Source: Candidatus Omnitrophota bacterium (GTDB lineage: Bacteria; Omnitrophota; Gorgyraeia; JABMRG01; JAFGKX01). From it: 64,000 bases of DNA. The DNA lies in assembly GCA_043797125.1 (NCBI GenBank), contig JAZDPX010000045.1:8338-72337 (forward strand), given 5' to 3'. The position numbers were made by a program, and so were the translations under genes. Under the pieces are notes generated by a model. That model had not been told where the DNA came from. It worked only from the letters and a program-made list of their open reading frames with translations, and did no database searches. This document shows, piece by piece, positions 30,235-39,230 of this stretch (position 1 is its first letter; every line of letters begins with the position of its first letter).

Positions 30235-30281
30235 TTATGTTACAGACAGCTAATTTATAGAATAGACTAAAATACAGTAGT

Positions 30282-30310
30282 AAAATAACATTTATTCTTA
30301 TAATTGTCAA
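30282..30310 (-). promoter_or_regulatory. Putative promoter of the V-ATPase operon
   Basis: TTGACA-17bp-TATTTT with a TG extension. Confidence 0.5.
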
Positions 30311-30334
30311 GGGGGGAAATGGGGACTATTCTGA

Positions 30335-31534
30335 CTATTCTAACCTGGTTAGATTTCTAGAAAAAACTTCGTTAATGTGTTGCCATGGCAGCGCGAAGAC
30401 TCTTTCGCTTAACTTTATTTTGCGCGGGACATGGCAAATAAGAAATCCTGTTTTCGCCGACTTATACTCGGAAAGAAAGACTTCTAAATGGCGTATATCG
30501 CTTGACGCGGGGTTCCCCGTTAATTTAACTTCAATCGGGGTGTAAACACCGTCCTCGTCAACAACCCAATCAACTTCAGGGCCGTCGGGATCTCTCCAAA
30601 ACCTAATTTTGGTTCCCCGGCCTTTTATACGCGTGCCCCTTAAGAGCTCGAGGCCGATGAACTGCTCAAACAGCAGCCCCATCGTATCCCTGGCCAACTT
30701 TACCCCTTCATGCGCCGCAAGGCGCCTTACTCCAAGATCAAAAAATAAATACTTCTCGGACTTGGTAAGTTTTTTTCTCGTCTTGCTTTGAGTCAAAGGT
30801 TCAATTCGTTCTGCAATAAGGCAGTCCTCTAATATCTGGTAGTAAGCGGCTATCGTGGTGTGGGAAACTCCTATTTCCTGCGATAATTTTCTTAAGTTGA
30901 TGATGCCGCCTGATTCGGAAGCCCCTAATTCCAGAAATCTTGCAAAATTTCCGAGATTGCGCACGGCGGCTTCAGCGCGGATTTCTTCTTCCAAATAAGT
31001 TGTTACATACGATTCTAAGTCAGCCTCTCTGTCAGAGTAATTTCCAATGGTAAGGATGCCCGGCAATGAACCGTATAAAAGTCGTTCGTTTAAATCCTTT
31101 GCCGGCACCTCCCGCAGGCTAAATGGATCCATGCGAAACGCAACAATACGCCCTGGAAGGAGATTAACCTGTGTTCCCCTGCGAAGTTTTCGGGCGCTTG
31201 AACCCGTAAGGATAAAATTTGCCTTTTTGTGATCGATTAAATCCTGAACGACATCGAGAATAGACGGCACTTTCTGAACTTCGTCCAAAATAACAAGCAA
31301 TCTTTTGCCTGATTTTGGGGCTTTCAACGATTCGACCTCTCCTTTGAGTAAATGCGGCGATTTTTCATATCTTTGCCGCACGTCCGGCTGGACAAATGAA
31401 ATTAATAAATCATGATCGAATCTGTTAATCAGTGTTGTCTTGCCTGTTTGCCGAGCTCCGAGCAAAAGAACGCTTTTGCTCCTATTCAATGTGTGTCTGA
31501 TTCTGTCTTCTATAAGCCTGTTTATGTATTTCAT
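30335..31534 (-). CDS. AAA+ ATPase (AAA_14 + DUF4143 family), second paralogue
   Basis: GARQTGKT, LDEVQK, LTGSSARKL, NLLPGR, EVDW..IEVK. Confidence 0.92.
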   Translation of the reverse strand: MKYINRLIEDRIRHTLNRSKSVLLLGARQTGKTTLINRFDHDLLISFVQPDVRQRYEKSPHLLKGEVESLKAPKSGKRLLVILDEVQKVPSILDVVQDLIDHKKANFILTGSSARKLRRGTQVNLLPGRIVAFRMDPFSLREVPAKDLNERLLYGSLPGILTIGNYSDREADLESYVTTYLEEEIRAEAAVRNLGNFARFLELGASESGGIINLRKLSQEIGVSHTTIAAYYQILEDCLIAERIEPLTQSKTRKKLTKSEKYLFFDLGVRRLAAHEGVKLARDTMGLLFEQFIGLELLRGTRIKGRGTKIRFWRDPDGPEVDWVVDEDGVYTPIEVKLTGNPASSDIRHLEVFLSEYKSAKTGFLICHVPRKIKLSERVFALPWQHINEVFSRNLTRLE

Positions 31535-31541
31535 AGTTTAC

Positions 31542-31570
31542 ATTATCGCCGAAAATGGATTACTTGTCAA
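31542..31570 (-). promoter_or_regulatory. sigma70 promoter of the second AAA gene (leaderless)
   Basis: TTGACA-17bp-GATAAT, 7 nt before ATG 31534. Confidence 0.55.
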
Positions 31571-31624
31571 CAAAATTCTGTATATTATAAAGTAGCCCGA
31601 GTCTCTAACGGCAGAAAAGAGGTA

Positions 31625-34093
31625 CTACGCCGCGGACCGGATTGCTGCTTCTGTATTGTGGATTTCGACTGAGATGCTTTTGAATTGGGCTTCTATGCTG
31701 GCCTCTATGCGAGAGATTGCTTTTTCGACATTTTCGGCAAAATCGGTTTGGTTTTTCATCTCTATATAATACGCCCCGAGTATAACCGCCGGTACGCCAT
31801 CCTGATCCGGCATATCGCCTATGGAAATACACTGCTTCGCGGTAATGCCGAACTTTTTTAATGCATCCAGCCCTTTCTGATAAATTCCCGTATCCGGTTT
31901 TTTGACGCCTGCTCTATCCTGCGTAATTATGTACTCATCCTCGAAAAAGTCATTCAGCTCGGCGAGCTTTATCCAAAGCATTGTGGTCTCATAGTCATCG
32001 TTGGTCACGATGACAAAACGATATTTCTTTTGCAGCCTTCTTAACGTTTCTATAACTTGATAGTTTGGCTTTAGGTGTTTTTTAAGTTCTTTCTCTCCAA
32101 GCGCTTTCTTGCCTTCCCGCTGCTGTTCTGGGGTAATTTTAAGCCTATCTCTAATGTCAGATACCGGCACCTGCTGCTTGTTTGTTTCTTTAATATAATT
32201 TTGCTTTTCCTCTTCTATTTTTTTTATTGCTTGGCTAAAAGCATCCGGATTGGTGTCGGGATCAGCCTCCATTACATATTTGCAATAACTCCATGCGAGG
32301 GCCTTAAAAGAAAAAACAGCCCGTAAATCCGGGACAAGCGTCCCCTGAAAATCAAGCAGCAGGGCTTTTATCGGACTATATGAGCCGGCCGAAACAACCA
32401 TGCCTACCTTTCCTTCGAAAAAGGCCTTCGGGCCCGCGTTTAATGCCTTGAGCAGCCTTTCTTTTTTGGTGCCGACTAAACAAACTTCGCTTTTAGTCGC
32501 TCTTAATATAACTACATGCCCGAGCCAGGAAGGAATAACCTGCGAAATATCAACCTCGAAAAGATATTCTCTGTCCGATGTAATTACGCGATAATAAACA
32601 TCGCCTACAAAAATATTTGAAAGATTGCTCGTTAATTCGGTTTTTATTGGGTCGCCTTCCCGCAAATCCGCAGGATACATGCCGCTTGCGGTAAATATAT
32701 TATCTGAAATAACCTGAATCTGCCCGGAGTTTCGCAGTTTAGTAAATTCTTCGGCTAGTTTTTGCAGGGTTTTAAATTCGCTTTGTTCCAGCGCTTTTGC
32801 CGTAGCATCTATATCGGAAAGTGTAACGTCACTTACAAATGTCGGAAAAGGTTTGGTGTATAATTTTACCACCGGGGCGTTAAGCTTATCTGTTTGCCGC
32901 GCCCTTGCCAACAGCACCGATAATGCCAAAACATTTAAAAGTTCGGGGCCGGTATTGTCCATAAAAATGCCTATGGGCCTATCTAATGGCTCGTTTACAT
33001 AAAATTGAGCGATTTCCTCGGAGTCGTCCGCAACTATAATCTCCGGCTTATAAAGCTTGTGCGCCCAGTTCAAATCAACGGAATTGCCAAACATAACCCC
33101 TCTCAAAGAATTGGCTATTTGCTCAATTGTTGGTTTGGCATCAAAATCAACATCTGCTAAGTTGGCATTCAGTTCTTCAAGGGCCTCTGATGATAAGTTA
33201 TCCGCTTTCTTACCAGAAAAAGGATCGAATCTTTTGCCTTGCGGGTCGTCAAAATATCCGGCAGCCACCATTTTCAGGTATTCAAAATAAGAGGCCGCGT
33301 GCATCAGGGGAAATTTATCATTAACCCAGCTTTGCCCGAAAAACTTACTTACTTGCTTAGCCCAGGACTCGGCATAAGGAATTTGATCAATGGGCTTTTC
33401 TGAAACTTCATCCGGCCTAGGAATCAACCCCGAGTTCATTACCGAGTCTCTTAATTTTTCTAAATTGCTTTTTCTTTCCGGCGTCAGGCGGTTTGCCTTA
33501 TTTAATATTTCTAATAGCCCTTCTCCTTTAAATGCTGCGCCAATCCCGTCGATTTTTCCTATGGCTTTTGCCTTGCCTGGTAAATCTTTTTCTCTGGCTA
33601 AGGTCCCTTCCGCGTCACCTGGGGTTCGCTGCCTTGGCAAAAATTCCATCGGCACAGGCGTTCCATCGGCTTTAAAAACAATGCCTTTGGGGTTTATTAT
33701 CCATGTTTCTTCAATGCCCTTGCTAAGGCAGTCTCCCAGCGTACTATGTTCGACTATAATATAAACAAGCCGCTCCTGGGCAACAATATCGGGTTTTTTC
33801 GAATCAGTAATTCGAAACGTCTTTGTCCGAACTACAAACCCATGGCGTTCTGCATCAGAAGATTCATACGCGATATGAGATTCCCAGCCCGGTTCGGGTA
33901 AGGAAAAATTGAGAACCTTTTTGCTGTCCCCGGTAAGTTGGCTTAACAAAGTATTAAATATTTCTTCTCGTTTTTGGCTTCCAAGCGGAATATTTTTTGG
34001 TATGGAAATTTCATAAGACATCGGGCGCAAACCTAATGCCTGTTGCGGACAAACTAATATTATGATAAGAATAATTATTATTGTATTTCGCAT
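31625..34093 (-). CDS. Signal-peptide protein with an ARMT1/DUF89-like damage-control phosphatase domain and a C-terminal HAD hydrolase
   Basis: Hydrophobic N-terminus plus ALGLRPMS. GNSVDL, MDNTGPE, KPFPTFVSD, FVGDVYYR (DUF89-like). LLLDFQGTL, IVTND, KKPD, IGDMPDQD (HAD). Confidence 0.75.
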   Translation of the reverse strand: MRNTIIIILIIILVCPQQALGLRPMSYEISIPKNIPLGSQKREEIFNTLLSQLTGDSKKVLNFSLPEPGWESHIAYESSDAERHGFVVRTKTFRITDSKKPDIVAQERLVYIIVEHSTLGDCLSKGIEETWIINPKGIVFKADGTPVPMEFLPRQRTPGDAEGTLAREKDLPGKAKAIGKIDGIGAAFKGEGLLEILNKANRLTPERKSNLEKLRDSVMNSGLIPRPDEVSEKPIDQIPYAESWAKQVSKFFGQSWVNDKFPLMHAASYFEYLKMVAAGYFDDPQGKRFDPFSGKKADNLSSEALEELNANLADVDFDAKPTIEQIANSLRGVMFGNSVDLNWAHKLYKPEIIVADDSEEIAQFYVNEPLDRPIGIFMDNTGPELLNVLALSVLLARARQTDKLNAPVVKLYTKPFPTFVSDVTLSDIDATAKALEQSEFKTLQKLAEEFTKLRNSGQIQVISDNIFTASGMYPADLREGDPIKTELTSNLSNIFVGDVYYRVITSDREYLFEVDISQVIPSWLGHVVILRATKSEVCLVGTKKERLLKALNAGPKAFFEGKVGMVVSAGSYSPIKALLLDFQGTLVPDLRAVFSFKALAWSYCKYVMEADPDTNPDAFSQAIKKIEEEKQNYIKETNKQQVPVSDIRDRLKITPEQQREGKKALGEKELKKHLKPNYQVIETLRRLQKKYRFVIVTNDDYETTMLWIKLAELNDFFEDEYIITQDRAGVKKPDTGIYQKGLDALKKFGITAKQCISIGDMPDQDGVPAVILGAYYIEMKNQTDFAENVEKAISRIEASIEAQFKSISVEIHNTEAAIRSAA

Positions 34094-34123
34094 TTTGGTA
34101 TTTTTGGATAAGATATTTATAAA

Positions 34124-34152
34124 AGTATATCACAAGTTGGTTAAAAAAGCAA
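34124..34152 (-). promoter_or_regulatory. sigma70 promoter of the 822-aa gene
   Basis: TTGCTT-17bp-TATACT with a TG extension. Confidence 0.55.
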
Positions 34153-34167
34153 GTTTTTTCTTATTCC

Positions 34168-34245
34168 TAACCTGGTTACCTGCCTGCCGGCAGGCAGGGA
34201 TTTGTCAGATTAGACACACGACTCACGACTCAATACGCACTACGA
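34168..34245. repeat. Cluster of small repeats: TAACCTGGTTA, the palindrome CCTGCCTGCCGGCAGGCAGG, and CTCACGA-type heptamers
   Basis: Located at 34168-34178, 34179-34198 (perfect palindrome) and 34215-34245. Confidence 0.7.
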
Positions 34246-34270
34246 ACCGCGAGAAATTAGTTGCTGGGTT

Positions 34271-34837
34271 TTATTTCTGCTTAGAGCCGGGTTTATCCAC
34301 TGGTATGCCCTGTTTGCATAAGGGGCATTTATCGGGAGGGTAAGTTACTACTGTAATTTTTTGCAGGCTTTTAAGCGGTATTTTGCCGAATATGTTTTTC
34401 TTACCACAGCGGTCTATTATGCAGCCAACACCGACAACTTCACCTCCGCAAGAGTTTACTACATCTATTACTTCCTTTGTCGAGCCGCCTGTTGTTATGA
34501 CATCTTCAACCACTAAAAGGCGCTCGCCTTTTGCTATTTTAAAATTTCTTCTAAGCAGCATCTGGCCGTCTTTTCTTTCTGTAAAAAGCGACGGCACGCC
34601 AAGAGCCCTTGCAAGCTCATATGAAACTAGAATGCCGCCTATCGCAGGGGCGATAACCGCGTCTACTTTTACACCTTTGAATTTTTTCGCAAGTTCTTTG
34701 CAAAGTTTTTCAGCGTATTTGGGATATTTAAGCACAGAGGCACATTGAATATATTTTGCGCTGTGCAGGCCGCTTGACAGAACGAAGTGGCCTTGAAGCA
34801 ACGCATTAGTTTCTTTAAGTAAATTTAATACATTCAT
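34271..34837 (-). CDS. pyrE: Orotate phosphoribosyltransferase
   Basis: GHFVLSSGLHS, VVEDVITTGGS. Confidence 0.96.
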   Translation of the reverse strand: MNVLNLLKETNALLQGHFVLSSGLHSAKYIQCASVLKYPKYAEKLCKELAKKFKGVKVDAVIAPAIGGILVSYELARALGVPSLFTERKDGQMLLRRNFKIAKGERLLVVEDVITTGGSTKEVIDVVNSCGGEVVGVGCIIDRCGKKNIFGKIPLKSLQKITVVTYPPDKCPLCKQGIPVDKPGSKQK

Positions 34838-34849
34838 ACAAAAATATAA

Positions 34850-34887
34850 GTAGCGGAGCCTTAAGGCTCCGCTACGGTTGTGGATAA
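34850..34887. repeat. GTAG palindrome copy 5 + DnaA box, overlapping the pyrF 3' end
   Basis: Core at 34850-34875, TGTGGATAA at 34879-34887. Confidence 0.9.
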
Positions 34888-35562
34888 CTCCCTTGCAGCT
34901 TTTGCCGGGTCAATAGCTTCAGTTATCGGCCGTCCTATAACAATAAAATCCGCGCCCTTTTTTAAGGCCCACTGCGGGGTAGCGATTCTTTTCTGGTCAA
35001 ACGCCGCGCTTGTTGCGGGCCGAACCCCGGGGGTTACAATTACAAAATTCCTGCCGCACGCAGCTCTTACCGCGCTTATTTCCTGCGGCGAGCACACAAC
35101 GCCGTCTGCGCCTGATTGCTTCGCTAACTTCGCCAAATACATAACCTGCCTTATTGGCGGACGACTTATGCCCAATTTGTTTAAAGCGCTTTTATCCATG
35201 CTTGTCAATACTGTTACAGCCAAAAGAACAGGCCTTCTGTCTTTTGGTAATGATTTTATCGCGCCTGCAGCTGCCTTAATCATCTCGCTGCCGCCTGATG
35301 CGTGTATATTAAGCATAATAGGATGCAGTTTGCAGGCAGCTTTAATCGCTTTTGCGACGGTGTTTGGTATGTCGTGGAATTTTAAATCTAAAAATACATC
35401 TGCGCCGGCGGCCTTTACCATTTTCACCGCTTCAGGCCCCGCAGCTGTAAATAGCTCGCTTCCGATTTTGAAGATTTTTATGGTCGGATAGAGTTTATCG
35501 ACGAGCTCTTTTGCCTTCTCTAGGGAATCTACGTCAAGCGCTACAATAATTTTGTTATTCAT
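34861..35562 (-). CDS. pyrF: Orotidine 5'-phosphate decarboxylase
   Basis: VALD, DLKFHDIPNT, VTVLTS, TPGVRP, DQKR, IGRPI. Confidence 0.97.
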   Translation of the reverse strand: MNNKIIVALDVDSLEKAKELVDKLYPTIKIFKIGSELFTAAGPEAVKMVKAAGADVFLDLKFHDIPNTVAKAIKAACKLHPIMLNIHASGGSEMIKAAAGAIKSLPKDRRPVLLAVTVLTSMDKSALNKLGISRPPIRQVMYLAKLAKQSGADGVVCSPQEISAVRAACGRNFVIVTPGVRPATSAAFDQKRIATPQWALKKGADFIVIGRPITEAIDPAKAARELSTTVAEP

Positions 35563-35570
35563 AATCTTAA

Positions 35571-35608
35571 GTAGCGGAGCCTTAAGGCTCCGCTACGGTT
35601 GTGGATAA
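35571..35608. repeat. GTAG palindrome copy 6 + DnaA box, overlapping the pyrD 3' end
   Basis: Core at 35571-35596, TGTGGATAA at 35600-35608. Confidence 0.9.
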
Positions 35609-36520
35609 TTTCCCTACTATATCCCTTACCCTGGTAAACCCTTTTCTCTGCAAATATCTCTCGATGCCCTCCGCTGCCGCTATTGCTGCCCGCGGATTCA
35701 CAAAATTCGCAGTGCCTATCTGAACAGCTTGCGCGCCGCACAATAAAAATTCAATGGCATCCTGGCCTGTCATTATACCGCCTATTCCTATTACCGGTAT
35801 TTCGACGGCTTTTGCCGTTTCCCAGACAATGCGCAGCGCTATCGGCTTTATCGCCGGGCCGCTTAATCCGCCTGTTATATTGCCCAGGCGCGGCTTTTGC
35901 GTTTCTATATCAACTGCCATGCCTCTGATTGTGTTTATAACTGAAATCGCGTCAGCTCCTGCTTTTTCAACAGCCTTTGCTATTTCGCAAATATCTGCTA
36001 CGTCGGGGGAAAGCTTGACTATAACTGTCTTTTTTGTGTTTTTCTTAACCACCTTTGTAACAGCGGCAGCTGCTTTCGCATCCTGCGCAAACAACTTGTG
36101 ACTTGTGACTTGGTGACGTGGTGACCCTACATTTGGGCACGATATATTCACTTCAACCCCCGCCACCCCCGCAATATCTAACAACCCCGCCAACCTGCCA
36201 TATTCCTCTATTTTCTCGCCTGCGATGCTTACAACAACAGGGATGCCTATGTTTTTCAAGTATGGCAGTTTAGTCCTTATAAAATCCTCAACGCCCTCGT
36301 TTTGCAAGCCTATGGCATTGAGCATTCCTGCTGTTGTCTCCCAAATCCGAGGCGGGATATTGCCCTGCCTCGGGTTTAATGTAACGGACTTGGTTATAAC
36401 AGCGCCTAATTTTTTTAAATCTATTAAATCCTTAAATTCCTCGGCATAACCAAATGTGCCTGAGGCAACCATTACGGGATTTTGTAATTTTATTTTTCCG
36501 ATTTTAACCGATGTGTCCAC
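35582..36520 (-). CDS. pyrD: Dihydroorotate dehydrogenase family 1B, catalytic subunit
   Basis: ASGTFG, NAIGLQN, NISCPN, VKLSP, GGLSGPAIKP. Confidence 0.96.
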   Translation of the reverse strand: MDTSVKIGKIKLQNPVMVASGTFGYAEEFKDLIDLKKLGAVITKSVTLNPRQGNIPPRIWETTAGMLNAIGLQNEGVEDFIRTKLPYLKNIGIPVVVSIAGEKIEEYGRLAGLLDIAGVAGVEVNISCPNVGSPRHQVTSHKLFAQDAKAAAAVTKVVKKNTKKTVIVKLSPDVADICEIAKAVEKAGADAISVINTIRGMAVDIETQKPRLGNITGGLSGPAIKPIALRIVWETAKAVEIPVIGIGGIMTGQDAIEFLLCGAQAVQIGTANFVNPRAAIAAAEGIERYLQRKGFTRVRDIVGKLSTTVAEP

Positions 36521-37362
36521 TAAAATACTACCTCCGCCAAATCAAACACCGGACCATCCTTGCAGACCTTTTTATACCCACCGGTAGTGTTAATAACGCA
36601 GCCCAAGCAGGCGCCTAAACCGCAGCCCATTCTTTCCTCAAAAGACCCTTGCGCTTTTAATTTATAGTACCTGCAAATCTTGGCTACTTCTTTAAGCATG
36701 GGCTTGCATCCGCACGTGTAAAGGCCGACTTGCGGATGATAGCTCGCTATCGTAACTTCAGAAGCATCTTTTTCAGCCAAAGAGCCGGAGTTGTTTCTTA
36801 AGTCAAATCTTTTTATGACACCAACCAAGGCATCTGTTACCAGGCCGCGCTCGCCCCTTGAGCCATCCTCTGTAACAACAACGACATTTGCCTTTAAACT
36901 TCTGAATTCTCTTTCACATATAATATAATCCGCTGTCTTTGCGCCTAAAATAACTGTTATATGCTTCTTTCTGAATTTTACCAGCTCATCGCACAAAGCC
37001 ATTAAGGGTGCAGCGCCCATGCCGCCGGCAACTATTATAAAATTTGTCTGCGTCTTTTCAATTTTAAACCCGTTTCCCAGCGGGCCGATAACATCCAAAT
37101 ACGTGCCCTTTGAGCGCCGGCACATAAGCTGCGTTCCCCTGCCAACGACCTTGTATAAAAGCTCGATGATATTAGGCCTGTTCCCGGCGCGGTAAATGCT
37201 TAAGGGCCGCCTTAATAACGGATCGTAGTCGCTGCCCGCGCGAATATGAAAAAACTGGCCCGGCTTGATTGCGCCTTTAAAACTCTCGAGGCGCAGGACC
37301 ATGTTAAAATAATCCGGGGCAATTCTCTGGTTTACTAATATCTCTGCTTTTGTGTGGATCAT
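36520..37362 (-). CDS. pyrK: Dihydroorotate dehydrogenase electron transfer subunit
   Basis: PGQF, LRRPLS, GPLGNGF, EERMGCGLGACLGC, VCKDGPVF. Confidence 0.94.
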   Translation of the reverse strand: MIHTKAEILVNQRIAPDYFNMVLRLESFKGAIKPGQFFHIRAGSDYDPLLRRPLSIYRAGNRPNIIELLYKVVGRGTQLMCRRSKGTYLDVIGPLGNGFKIEKTQTNFIIVAGGMGAAPLMALCDELVKFRKKHITVILGAKTADYIICEREFRSLKANVVVVTEDGSRGERGLVTDALVGVIKRFDLRNNSGSLAEKDASEVTIASYHPQVGLYTCGCKPMLKEVAKICRYYKLKAQGSFEERMGCGLGACLGCVINTTGGYKKVCKDGPVFDLAEVVF

Positions 37363-37370
37363 AAAAGTTT

Positions 37371-37457
37371 AAAATGCAAAATGCAAAATTTCAATTCAAA
37401 ATTAAAAAAATTGAATTTTTGAATTTTTAATTGCAATTTTACATTTTTAATTTTTAA
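37371..37457. repeat. AT-rich inverted heptamer repeat tract
   Basis: AAAATGC/AAAATT units followed by complementary AATTTTT/CATTTTT units. Confidence 0.6.
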
Positions 37458-38696
37458 TTAAAATAACTCCAGCTGCTTCTCCCTAATCTGCTCCAATTCC
37501 CCTTCCTTAAAAATCTTCACAGTGCCGTAGACGCCGTCGTATCCCGGCTCTATATTAAGTTCGCCGTTACGTGCCTTAATAATAGCTCTCGCAGTAGATT
37601 CCGGCAGTTTCTCTTCAATGTCTTTTTCATCAGCATCCAGCAATATGGCGAACTCGCTTCCGAAATGCGCCACCGCAGACATATATTCCTGCTCAACTGC
37701 CTTTGTGTTAACGCCTTTTTGCTGCGCCTCCGCTATTATCTCAACCAGCGGCACAAGGTTCTTATAGGGTATCGCGTTCTTCGGGATAAAACCTTCTTCT
37801 CTATCCGCAAGCTCATCAACCCTGTTCATTACCCCGACCGTAAGAGGCTTACCGCACTTGGGGCATCTTTGATTATGCTGCTTTGTTTCCTTGGGCGTTA
37901 ATCTTACATCACACATCCTGTGCCCATCAAGGTGATATTTACCTTCTTCGGGATAAAACTCGACTGTAAATAAAAATTTGGATTTATCTTTTTTCTTCAG
38001 CGCGTCCGTAATTGCATTATAGCTTAATTCGCAGCCAAAAACATTCACTTCCCTGCCTAATTTTATCGGCGAATGCGCGTCCGAATTTGATATAAGCGCG
38101 TATTTATCCAAAGAGCTCAAGCGCCAGTTCATCGCGGGGTCCGAGCTTAAACCTGTTTCCAGGGCAAAAATATTTTTTGCCTCCTCCTCAAAACATTCCT
38201 CAACCGAATCAAAACCCGAATTAGAACCAAACACGGAAAACCACGGAGTCCACGCGTGCGCCGGTATAACCATACATTTATCCGAAGCGTCAAGGCAGAT
38301 CTTCACTATATCCTTTACATCAAATCCGAATATCGGCCTGCCATCGGAGGTGATATTGCCTCTGTTTGACAGCTTTTTGTTTATCTTTTCCGCTGTTTCG
38401 AAATCCGGCGCAAATATGATTGTGTGTATTCTTCTGCCTTCGTTGTTTTTAGAATACATGTTGCTTACTTCAGCGGTAAGCATAAACTTTACGCCGTTAT
38501 ATTCGTAAAATCCTCCGGATGTTGGTTTTAATTTGCTCTTTAATTCCTCAAGCCACAAATGGTGGGTGAAATCGCCCGTGCCTATTAAGTCGATGCCTTT
38601 TAATTTGGCCCACCGGGCAATATGCTCGACATCCATATCTTTGCTCGTTGCCCGGCTGCATTTTGAGTGAATGTGCAGGTCTGCTATGGTTCTCAA
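37458..38696 (-). CDS. Endonuclease Q family (PHP domain + Zn ribbon) protein
   Basis: ADLHIHS, GTGDFTH, PAHAWTPW, ETGLSSD, SNSDAHS, GKYH, CPKCG, PGYDGVYG. Confidence 0.88.
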   Translation of the reverse strand: MRTIADLHIHSKCSRATSKDMDVEHIARWAKLKGIDLIGTGDFTHHLWLEELKSKLKPTSGGFYEYNGVKFMLTAEVSNMYSKNNEGRRIHTIIFAPDFETAEKINKKLSNRGNITSDGRPIFGFDVKDIVKICLDASDKCMVIPAHAWTPWFSVFGSNSGFDSVEECFEEEAKNIFALETGLSSDPAMNWRLSSLDKYALISNSDAHSPIKLGREVNVFGCELSYNAITDALKKKDKSKFLFTVEFYPEEGKYHLDGHRMCDVRLTPKETKQHNQRCPKCGKPLTVGVMNRVDELADREEGFIPKNAIPYKNLVPLVEIIAEAQQKGVNTKAVEQEYMSAVAHFGSEFAILLDADEKDIEEKLPESTARAIIKARNGELNIEPGYDGVYGTVKIFKEGELEQIREKQLELF

Positions 38697-39184
38697 ATAT
38701 TAATGCCTTCTAAGGCTTTTCTAATCGCTGCCTCAACAAAGCTTGCGTTATCCACCTTGCCTTGCTGTATATTAAAGTTGGATATTTTAAACGCTTTTCT
38801 TTGCTTAAAGGCGTCTACCATCGTATTTACACACTTTTTCACACCTGTGCCAGAGCCGTAAGTTGTAAAACATATTGCGTCTTTGCCGTCAAGGCCTCCT
38901 AATTTATCCAAAAAAGTATTTACCGCCGGGGCCGGGGCAAATGCCCAGACAGGGGTGCCTACACAGATTACATCATAATCTGTTATATTAACCCCTTCAT
39001 CCGGCAAGGACGCTCTTTTTCTTCTAAATGCGCGCACGCATTGGGCAAAGAAGTTTACGGATTCGTCTGTCGGCTCAAGCCGCCACGTAGCGACTTCGCA
39101 CTTTACGCTTAATATATCTTCCAAAGCTTTAGCTATCTTTTGGGTATTACCTGTGTATGAGTAATATGCTATTAGGGCTTTCAT
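38693..39184 (-). CDS. Flavodoxin family protein
   Basis: YYSYTGNT FMN loop, GTPVWA. Confidence 0.85.
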   Translation of the reverse strand: MKALIAYYSYTGNTQKIAKALEDILSVKCEVATWRLEPTDESVNFFAQCVRAFRRKRASLPDEGVNITDYDVICVGTPVWAFAPAPAVNTFLDKLGGLDGKDAICFTTYGSGTGVKKCVNTMVDAFKQRKAFKISNFNIQQGKVDNASFVEAAIRKALEGINI

Positions 39185-39199
39185 ATTAATCCGTTCTAT

Positions 39200-39225
39200 G
39201 TAGCGGAGCCTTAAGGCTCCGCTAC
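39200..39225. repeat. GTAG palindrome copy 7 (no DnaA box)
   Basis: Exact 26-bp core. Confidence 0.9.
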
Positions 39226-39230
39226 TGTTT

